A DNA stretch of 64,000 nt from Octopus sinensis. Lineage: Eukaryota. Below, piece by piece: positions 53,860 through 64,000 of this stretch (within the stretch, counting starts at the first letter, position 1; each line of letters opens with the position of its first letter). The stretch lies in assembly GCF_006345805.1 (NCBI RefSeq), contig NC_042997.1, positions 30,008,001 through 30,072,000 of the forward strand, given 5' to 3'. Below the pieces are notes generated by a model. It searched no databases. It saw nothing but the letters and a program-made list of their open reading frames with translations, and was not told the DNA's origin. The translations under genes and the position numbers were made by a program.

Positions 53860-54440
53860 AATTTGAATGTAGATAACGAAAATATTGTCATATTTTAAAC
53901 CTGAGAAAACACTAGCAGAGTTTTACTATTCCGCTTATAGATTATATTGGTAATGTGCGAATCAGTTAGTTGATTTCTTTTTTTATTCCAAGCTTATCTA
54001 GACTGACAGTTAGGCTGTCTATGTATGCATGTATGTATGTATTTATGTATGTATGTATGTATGTATGTATGTATGTATGTATGTATGTATGTATGTATGT
54101 ATGTATGTATGTATGCATGCATGCATGTATGTATGTATGTATGTATGTATGTATGTATGTATGTATGTATGTATGCATGTATGCATGTGTGTATGTATGT
54201 TTCTCTTCTGTGTTTGATAACTTAAAATCTTCCTTTGAAGAAGGAACCGGTTTCTAACAAACATACGATACTCCATCATTGGAATGTAGATAACGAAAAC
54301 AATGTCACATTTTAAACCTGAGAAAATTCTTGCATAGTTTTACTGTCCCACTTAGAGATTGTATTTCTAATGTGCGAGACAGTTAGATGGTTTCTTTTTC
54401 TGAAAATCCAAGCTTATCCAAGCAGACAATTAATACATAA

Positions 54441-54471
<31 letters not shown>

Positions 54472-54560
54472 TGTATGTATGTATGTATGTATGTATGTAT
54501 GTATGTATGTATGTATGTATGTATGTATGCATGTATGTATGTATGTATGTACATATGTAT
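53860..54560 (+). repeat. ~418-bp tandem unit containing (TATG)n; related pieces at ~17130-17200 and 56930-57110
   Basis: gaatgtagataacgaaaa..ttttaaacctgagaaaa..ccaagcttatc occurs twice. Confidence 0.75.
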
Positions 54561-54589
54561 GTGAATATGTGCCCTTTTCTCAGCTGTCA

Positions 54590-54965
54590 TCTGTAGTTTG
54601 TTTCTTCTGAGTGATTAGATTTAATATTAGCATCCTTGCAAGTGAGTTTTCCTGGTTGTTGGCTTACTTGGAGTGCACGGGAGTTCGACATCGCTACTAT
54701 CGTCTGTACTTCTTTCCGGGACAACGGTTTGTCTGGTATCGAGCATAGTAGACTGTCAAATTGATTTTCAAGCGTATCCACTTCTACATTGTGTAGGTTT
54801 CTTAATCTATTTATGCATTTTGTTTATTTTATTTTATATCTTTGGTAGAGAATTGAAGACATCGGGGAGCTTAAACACTAAGCTTTTGCAGTACACGGCC
54901 CTCACTTTAACTGAAGTGAACTGCAATTTTGAGACTGCACAGTGGCGTCAAATACCGGGATTTGT
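54590..54965 (-). mobile_element. Older CR1/L2-group LINE 3' fragment
   Basis: VFNSLPKDIK..VDTLENQFDSLLCSIPDKPL..SNS. Confidence 0.65.
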
Positions 54966-55105
54966 ATAACTCTGGGAGTTGAAGTGGAAATTAATTTCAA
55001 CAAGAGTGTGTGTGTATGTGTGTGTATATGTGTGTGTGTGTATGTGTGTGTGTGTGTGTTTATATAATTCATATTATATTGTAAGTACTTATATACATGC
55101 ATATA

Positions 55106-55524
55106 TCTTTATATATAAAAGAGAGGTTGTGTGTCTGTCTCCTACGATTTAGATTCCTAACTACTCCCACATTTTTTGGTGCAGTTTAACCAAAACTGGG
55201 TATCTTATAGTCGTGATTCATGTCGAGCCCTTCTGGGTATTAGCGCGCGTCTACGATGAGTCTACGATTTAAAAAAAAATTTACCATCATTTTTTTCCAT
55301 TTTAATGCATTTTTTTCTCTATTATATAAGGGAAGTAACTCTCTAAAAATGTCTACGATGAGTCAACGATTTTAAAAAAAAATTACCATCATTTTTTTTC
55401 CATTTTTAATGCAATTTTTTGCTATTTTTTGCTATTTTTTGCTATTTTTTGGCTATAACTCTCTAAAAATGCTTACATAGTTATTTCCCTTACAAACCCG
55501 AGCAACGCCGGGCGATACTGCTAG
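55106..55524 (+). mobile_element. Non-autonomous Helitron
   Basis: A|TC tttatatataaaa 5' end; subterminal hairpin cccg..cggg; CTAG|T 3' end; no TSD; internal ~100-bp duplication. Confidence 0.85.
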
Positions 55525-55963
55525 TTTATATATATGTATGTGTGAAACAAAACAAAATACGCAAAAGGATATGTAGTTAAAGCATCTTTCATACTTATCT
55601 TAAACGTATTAAATACATAGTGCAAATTACATATATGTATATATTATAAAATTCCTGCGCGCCTTGGTGTTCGAACTTGGGATCCATGAAACCCAAATCT
55701 GAAATCATCCTTACTCAATAAATTTACATCCGTTGACATGTCCCACTACTTTTATACTCCCTTACTTTTCTCTCCAAGTCCCCAACCCTTCCTCTCTTCC
55801 TTTCTCTTTTCTTTCTTCCTTTCCTTCTTTCCTCTCTTTCTCTCTCCTTGCACACTAAGATAGATGTGTAAGTAAATTTATGAATACCCTTCAATATATA
55901 TATACATATGCGCGTGTGTAAGCATGTAGGCATATGCGTTTGGGTACATATTTGTGTGAATGA

Positions 55964-56024
<61 letters not shown>

Positions 56025-57454
56025 CCTTTAAAAGCTATAAATCTCCAAAGAACTGTCCAACCTCATTAGAAATTTCTCATCTTCACCGATCTTATCTTCA
56101 GCTATTTCGATATTCTTCAGTATTCCTTAAGATAACAAGAGCCTACTAAAGGCATTACCAAGATAGGGAAAATAATTATTCTAGTTATTCTTGGCAGCCC
56201 ACACCGGAAACATTACCTTTGGGGTTAGATGACAACTATATTTGATCCTCAAAGAACATCTATGTTATACACTTTGTGTGTGTTAGATTATGTGTGTTAA
56301 TGTGCATGTGTATGTATACATAATATATATATATGTATGTATGAATATATGTATATGTCTACGTGTGTGTGAATAAGTATGTGCATATGCATATGTATAT
56401 AAGTAGGTACCTATATATGTGTATATGTATATACTTACATACCTGTATGTACCCAATGAGATGTTCACATAAAAATGAAAATAGATCTATATTCATATTT
56501 GGCTGTCAATGAAGGAAGTTCACTATCAATTGTGTTCAAAAAGATTTAAAGTTCGATCTCTCTGTGTGGCAACTTAAGCAACGATCTTGAATGTTATTGC
56601 ACTTTCAGGTACTATTTACCCCTTCTGATTTATACACTCATATATAATGAGTTTGTATATTCATACTTATGTATATATGTATGTATGTATGTATGTATGC
56701 ATATGTGTATGTATGTATATGTGTATGTATGTATGTATGTATGCATGTATGTATATGTGTATGTATGTATGCATGTATGTATGTGTATGTATGTATGTAT
56801 GTATATGTGTATGTACGTATGTATATGTGTATGTAAGTATGTATATGTGTATGTATGTATGTATGTATGTATGTATATGTGTATGTATGTATGTATTATG
56901 TATGTATGTATGTATATGTGTATGTATGTGTCTTTTCTATTTCTTAATTATTATAAATTCTCTACAGAGGAGGTTGCAAGTTTCCAACAAAGATACAGAG
57001 CTCCATCTCTGGAATGTAGTTAACACAGACAAATTCACATTTTCAACTTGAGAAAAGTTCTGCATACTTTTACTCTTCCACTCACAGATTGGACTTGTAA
57101 TGTACGAATTCTAGTTCATCCGGATTCTCCTTTAGACATTAACGAACAAAACCTAGTGCTCCAATTATTGATGGTATGAATATGAATTCATAGTCTGGAT
57201 ATAGAAGCTGCACGTTTCGAAGCAGTTGTCCATAGATATCCTATTTTTCTTTTATTTCCAAAGAGATATTTATATCTTCAGGGCAGCTGACCTCTATGAT
57301 GGTACATACGTTTGCCCCTCTGTCCCAAACAATAATATCTGACCTGTTATGTTTACATTTGACAAAAGTTTTGATGGGAATATTCCACCAGTATTCCTAT
57401 GGGTGTGTGGAAGCGTAAGCGTGGCTGTGTTACGGCACAGGCGTGGTTGAGTAG

Positions 57455-57835
57455 AGGCGCAGATGTGGCTGTGAGGAAAGAAGCCTGCTTCCCAATCACA
57501 TGGCATCGGATTCAGTACCACTGCATGGAATCTTGGGCAAGTGTCTTCTACTATAGCTTCGGGTCAACCAAAGCCTTGTGAGTGGATTTGTTAGACGGAA
57601 ACTGAAAATAAACCCGTCGTATATGTGTGTATATGTTTGTGTCTTTGGATTTGTGTCCTTATTTGTCCCCCCATCACCGCTTCACAACCGGTGTTGGTAT
57701 GTTTACGTATCTGTAACTTAGCGGTTCGGCAAAAGTGACCGATAGAATATGTACTAGGCTTTAAAAAATAATAAGTCCTGGGGGTCGACTTGTTCGACAA
57801 AAATCCTTCAAAGCGATGCTCCAGCATGGCCGCAT
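57455..57835 (+). mobile_element. SINE family B, diverged copy
   Basis: cttgggcaagtgtcttctactatagc..ctccagcatggccgca. Confidence 0.8.
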
Positions 57836-57874
57836 TCAGTTGATATGTATATATAATATGTGTACATGTACGTC

Positions 57875-57950
<76 letters not shown>

Positions 57951-58473
57951 CAGATCTATGTATTATTATATGACTTATGAAGGCGGTGGGCTGGAGGAAT
58001 AGTTAGCACGCCGGACAAAATGCTTCGTGGCATTTTGTCTGTTTTTATATTCTTAATTCCAGTTCCTCTGAAGTCGACTTTGCCTTTCATCTGTTCTGGG
58101 TCGATAAAATAAATACCAGTTGCGTACTGGGGCATCGATATAATCGACTTAGTCCCTCACCCAAAATTACTGGCCTTGTGCCATAACTTGAAACTCTCTA
58201 TTATACGGTTGTATGTTTAAATTCACTTCGGAGGGCTATGGTTTCGGGCTCGAACCACATCGTGGCATCCTGAAATAGACTTTTCTCCCATATTCTTGAG
58301 TTCAGCAAAGGCGCATAAGTGAAATTTAGTAGATGGAAATCCCCAAGAGAGAAAATGTTCCTGTTCTTCAAACATAATCCGTGGCCCTTTTTTACATTAC
58401 TACCTGGTAGGAATTGCTTGAAATTATATTCATTCCTTCCTTCAGTCTCAAAGTAAGAGTCTTTGTAAATTAC

Positions 58474-58659
58474 TCATCTGTATAAAACTCCATCCACAGG
58501 GGATACCAAGGGAGAACATTTATCAACTCAAATGCTTTCTCTAAAGTGGATGATAAATAGGTAGATATATTATTTTCTCGAAGACAGGTGTTCAGTACAT
58601 GACGCCTGGTTTCAAGAGTATCTTCATAAGTTTTAAGTTGATATTTTTTGGCAATCAGT
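58474..58659 (-). CDS. Candidate internal coding exon of an unidentified host gene
   Basis: T-rich acceptor ..ttcag|, donor |gtaatt; 186 bp, phase 2-2, open: LIAKKYQLKTYEDTLETRRHVLNTCLRENNISTYLSSTLEKAFELINVLPWYPLWMEFYTD. Confidence 0.55.
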
Positions 58660-61502
58660 CTGAATTTATTAATAAGAAATAAAAGGCACCAACTTTTTTT
58701 TACTAGATGAACCCACCACGTATGACTCATGACTTATCTAATATAATACAGACATACAGACAGAAACACACGCATAGACATATGTGGGGGGGGGGGGCGT
58801 GTGTGCGTGAGTGTACGTGTGAGTGTGTAAACGTAAATTTTTTGCTTTTTTAAACCAGTAATTTGCTCATATATCTTCTTGCAACATTCCGGGTCTGAAA
58901 GTACTTGCTTACCTCGATGTGATATATGCGTGTGTATGTGTATATAAAATATATATGCGTGTGTGTATGTGTGTATGTAAGAATGTACACACTGCTTAGC
59001 CCCTAACATTTTATGGTTACCTGATAAATAAAAATAAGGAAAGAGGAAATTTTCTAATTTGGAAATCATTGCGCAGATACGTTTAATTTTATGGTTCGTG
59101 TAATCTCCTTAGTAGAGATGCATTGACAAGAAAGAGTCGAATGAGATAAATTACGATGCATGTAATTTCCTTTTAGATTATTCACTGCTTAGATTAATGA
59201 CAGAAAACTTTCATTTAATACTATGATTTATTCTTTGTTACTTGAAACATTGCTATGAATCATAGATATGTAAAAGAAACTAATCACTTGAAATGACAAC
59301 TTCCTAAGAAGTAGAAATAATAAAAATTCTTCAAGATTGATCATAGGCATGTAAAAGACGCTAATCACCTTCAAATGATAATTTGCTAAGTAGCTGTAAC
59401 AGAAAGGTGAGAAAGATGTTGGAAATGTTTTGTAGTATCAGGATTTGACACTTTGAAGAGTAACTAAGTTATCATGAATTCAAGGCAATTAGACTGTAAT
59501 TAATTTAGCATTCCTTGAAAGGTTGGGAGTTTTTCTATAACCTCAGATTTTGCACTCTTAGAACTCGCCATCAATAACGAGTAAACGTAAATCTGCTAAT
59601 GATCTTATTTTAACAATTTGCTAAACATATATGTATTAAATGGCTTACGATTTATGTAACGTTTAGTGAAACTAATAGTGATGAGCTCAATTTATCATTT
59701 TCACTTTGTAGCATCAACTCTCATTATGCAGTAATAAAATATTTAGGATTCTGTTGATAATGAGTCCTTTTTACAAAACTGAGAAAGATAAAACGAATAA
59801 AGATTTTCAAAAACGTAATATATGAATTTCAACAAGGTACACTGTAAGAAAGCGCTTGCACTGCTGGCATCTAAAAGCTATATGCTAATCTTGAAAACTA
59901 AAACAACTCAGAAAATTGTGAGTCTCACGATTCGGTGGATCGTAGGGTCAGCAACAAAGACTTCGGTTTCATGTTGTATATATAATGCTTTGCAGAATTT
60001 ATCAGGATGTTTACATTCTGAGTTCAAATTTCGCCAGGTTCAATTTAACGCTTCGTCTATATGAGATAGATCGATAAATAAAGCATCAGTTTAGAGCGGT
60101 TGACGAACGAAATTATTAGAGAATGGGAAAGGATGCTTTGCTGTTTTTATACCAGTTTTTCTGAGGATTTTTTTTTACGAGGCCTAGCCGTCCGGTTTAA
60201 TATCACCACCTGACTCTTTGGTGCCTTTAATGGAACCCAGTCTTTTACAAAATCTTACTATTGGTATCAAATTCAAGACAATTTTCTCCTTTTCTTCTTC
60301 CCACTATACTTAGAGGTCATAGCCGGGTAGTGACCATGACACTGAAAAAGATCGTGGCTTACCAATTACAAATTACCTCATGGTACCTATTTACAGATTT
60401 ACACTGTCAAAATTCTTAGCTATCAATTATTACCTGCAGATAGTATTCATTTATTCTCCTCAGTGGGAAGAATTTGGAACATGTCTGTCTTATTTGTCAT
60501 TTATTTTCTCATTTTACATTTAATGTCAATCAGGAAGACGCGATGTAATTTATATTAGTGTGTGGAATCTAGATTTTCAAAGTAATATGATACTATCTAC
60601 TTAATCATATGTCGGACTTCAAATCTGAGACAAGACTGGACAATACATTCAAGCAATTATCTTTAAAGTAATTATCTTTCCATTTTATAGGCTTATTGTA
60701 CATGGTCAGTCCTTGAATGTTTGCAGTGGCATATCAATTTTTTTTCTGTGAAGATATTGCTAGAGTTTCACCTAATCCCTATCAAATTCTGTGGTAAAAG
60801 GCATTATGAGTTCTCATGCATATATTTTATGATGAAAATGAGTCAATTTCAAAAGAGAGAGAGAAGCGAAAGAAAGAGAATGGAGAAGAATCGATCCAAT
60901 ACTGGACTAGTTCTTTATTTATCGATGCCAAAAGAATGAAAGTAGAAGAACCTACGTTTATATGACAAGGAATTTTGTCGGAGACTCTAATGATTTAGTT
61001 AATTCAATACCCTACATGAAAAATAAAAATGAAGTGTCAGAACTAACCGAAAACAACTTCAGCGCGCCGAGACTACACTCATACACAATTAACACAGCAC
61101 ACGAAACATATACGTACAAGATCAGAGAGATGCGCACACATACACAGATAAAACAAGCACACAGTACGCTGGGAATGGTTTTCAGAAACAACAATAAACT
61201 TACATATGTTTTACGAGTAAAACCACAACATATACAAGCTGCAAATATAGAAACTATTCTAATATCTTAAGTAGTCTTGTGCACAGAAAATCAAAGAGAA
61301 ACTCTCCTGAAACAAGGTTTCGGAAAAGAACGCTAAACAATTGAAGAAAAGATAAAATATATATCTTCGCAGAAAAATGTAAATTCGTTATAAGAAAATT
61401 ATATTAAAGGTGGTTATTTACAATTCTCAGGTGAGTTGCTTGAGGAGAAAGGTTCGTGTGTATGTTCTGTATGTGTGTGTATGCACACATAGAGAGAGAG
61501 AG

Positions 61503-61541
<39 letters not shown>

Positions 61542-61685
61542 AGGATAGAGCAAGAGAATGAGAAATAGAGAGAAGGGGAGAGAGATTATGTGTTTCAACC
61601 CAAACGCAGTGGCTATCACATTGTCAATGTCTTTTTTCATGAGGCTGGCTGTTCGAGATGGAAGGAGTGTAATATTGCTGCATAT

Positions 61686-62005
61686 AGGCGCGTGGCTTAG
61701 TGGTTAGGGCATTCGGCTCACGATTGCATGGTCGTGAGTTCAATTCCCGGCGACGCGTTGTGTCCTTGAGCAAGACACTTTATTTCACGTTGCTCCAGTT
61801 CACTCAGCTGGCAAAAATGAGTTGTACCTGTATTTCAAAGGGCCAGCCTTGTCACAATCTGTGTCATGCTGAATCTCCCTGGGAACTACGTTAGGGGTGC
61901 ACGTGTCTGTGGATTGGTCAGTCACTTGCACGTCAATTTCACGAGCAGGCTGTTCCGTTGATCGTATCAGCTGGGACCCTCGTTGTCGTAACCGACGGAA
62001 TGCTC
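61686..62005 (+). mobile_element. tRNA SINE family C; inverted partner with shared tail at 62590-62960
   Basis: ggcgcgtggcttagtggttaggg..gagttcaattccc..ccttgagcaagacactt; tail aatttcacgagcaggctgttccgttgat..gtaaccgacgga. Confidence 0.82.
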
Positions 62006-62589
62006 CTATATATATATATATAGCACACTCTAAGACATAGAGCAGTAATGTATTTATATGCAGTTAATTATATATTCAGTCATAGAGTGACCAATGGTTT
62101 CGCATCCATAAAGGGCTTGGCTCTCTGAATAACTCCTCAAACTCTAAAGCCGAAGGTATATAGCTCCTCCGCATTGGGAGTAGACATCCGTTAATCAGTT
62201 AGTTAGTCAGTAAACAAAGAATAAATAATCCGGCTCAGCGAGGACAGATTATCTCCCTTAGACCAGTATATATAAGCCAAAACGGTGACCGAGGAACTCC
62301 GTCTTTAGGTTGCTTTTAGTTCGTAAGGACCTTTTCGGATCTAATCGATGAATGGGGAATCCCATGCTTGAAACAGGTAGCGTTTGAAATAGATGCAGGC
62401 GCTGCAAATTTCTTGCCGGAAATTCAATAATTCCGATTCCAGAGAGACTTTGAGGATCCTTGCTCGCTCAGTTATGCAAGCTTAAAATGATTATATCCCA
62501 TATAATTTCTTGAAATCTGGAAGAGGGCAATAAAGGGGCTGAAACATCCAGTTATTCAAAATTTTATAAACACTAGACTGCTTGCATAT

Positions 62590-62960
62590 GGAAGCACTCC
62601 GTCGGTTACGACGACGAGGGTTCCGGTTGATTCGAATCAACGGAACAGCCTGCTCGTGAAATTAACGTGTAAGTGGCTGAACACTCCACAGACACGTGCA
62701 CCCTTAACGTAGTTCTCGGGGATATTCAGCGTGACACAGAGAGTGACAAGGCCGGCCCCTTGAAATACAGGTACAACAGAAACAGGAAGTAAGAGTGAGA
62801 GAAAGTTGTGGTGAAAAAGTACAACAGGGGTCGCTACCACCCCTTGCCGGAGCCTCGTAGAGCTTTAGGTGTTTTCGCTCAATAAACACTCACAACGCCC
62901 GGTCTGGGAATCGAAACCACGATCCTATGACCGCGAGTCCGCTGCCCTAACCACTGGGCC
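62590..62960 (-). mobile_element. tRNA SINE family C
   Basis: Head tggcccagtggttagggcagcggactcgcgg; same tail as 61830-62005. Confidence 0.82.
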
Positions 62961-63287
62961 ATATGCTACGTTTTACGAATATATTAGTGAAGTCACTTAA
63001 ATATTAAGTGTTGTGCACGTGGTAATTGAACGAATGTATGACATTTTTAAATATCGATAAGTTGACAAATATTTTTGAATACAAGTTTTTACGTTTTTTC
63101 CTTTTTTCAAGTAATTAACTGAATAATCAGCAGCGTCAAATTCAGAATTAAAAATCAGAAGACTTACACTACCAATGTGTGTATGTGCGTGTGTACGTGC
63201 GTGCGTGCGCGTGGGTGTGTGTGGATGTATGCATGCATGATTTTATATATGCGTGTGGTAGATAGACAGATAAAGAGAGAGATAAAG

Positions 63288-63520
63288 AAGGCGGCGAGCT
63301 GGCAGTAAAGGTTTGCACGTCGGGCGAAATGCTTTGCGGTATTTCGTCTGCCGTTACGTTCTGAGTTCAAATTCCGCCGAGGTCGACTTTGCCTTTCATC
63401 CTTTCGGGGTCGATAAATTAAGTACCAGTTACGCACTGGGGTCGATGTAATCGACTTAATACCTATGTCTGTCCTTGTTTGTTCCCTCTATGTTTAGCCC
63501 CTTGTGGGTAATAAAGAAAT
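63288..63520 (+). mobile_element. Full monomeric SINE family A
   Basis: A-box head, B-box, core, tail ending aataaagaaata. Confidence 0.88.
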
Positions 63521-64000
63521 AGATAAAGAGAGAGAGAGAGAGAGTGTGTGTGAGAGAGAGAGAGGGGGAGAGGGGGGAAGCATGAGAAAGACTGGCTAAG
63601 GAGGCTGGATGCTGTAAATTAATGTCCCTGACAGCCTGAATTTAATTTTACTATCCATTTAAATGCTCCATTGTTTTCATTAACCCTTCTTTAACATAAT
63701 TAACTTAATTTAACAATAAAACAAAACGTATGTGCGTGTGTGCGTGTGTGCGTGTGTGTGTGTGTGCGTGTAAAGAAAACAGAGAATGGAGATAATATTG
63801 GTGAACAACAGTTAATTTGCATCAATTATTATTTATTAATTATTTACAAAAAGACTGCATCCCATCTCCCTAGGGTGATGCACACGCAACATGTCTTGAT
63901 TCTCATCATTTTTCAGCCTTTTCTACTTCTCTTCTTGTGTCTTCTTTTTATTTATTTATCTATTTTCCACTCTGAAGAATCTCCTTGTTTCAAATCGGTT

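Noticed and set aside
60437-60487. Possible small minus-strand exon (TCSKFFPLRRINEYYLQ)
   Set aside because: Donor is plausible but the acceptor lacks a pyrimidine tract; too short to support

Overview
AT-rich, microsatellite-dense eukaryotic genomic DNA. The repeat families look like octopus (coleoid cephalopod) repeats; this is my recognition, not a database result. Almost all ORFs in the track are microsatellite translation artefacts. The window is largely a mosaic of mobile-element remnants: three tRNA-derived SINE families, one of them as an 11 x 185-bp array; Tc1, mariner and DD37D-type transposase remnants; a piggyBac-like MITE; a non-autonomous Helitron; RTE, CR1/L2-group and R4/Dong LINE fragments; and many Penelope-like (PLE) fragments, several with hammerhead ribozyme (HHR) motifs. 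There is also a ~4.8-kb tandem duplication and one plausible host coding exon (58474-58659, minus strand). The most unusual object is a 1958-bp unit at 3497-5505. It has a 51-bp terminal redundancy, a decayed Gag/ORF1-like CCHC zinc-knuckle ORF, no recognisable RT or endonuclease, a type I HHR, and a multi-hairpin structure whose closing stems can form locally only if the two ends are joined. I read it as a candidate protein-coding, retrozyme-like element that moves through a circular or multimeric RNA.
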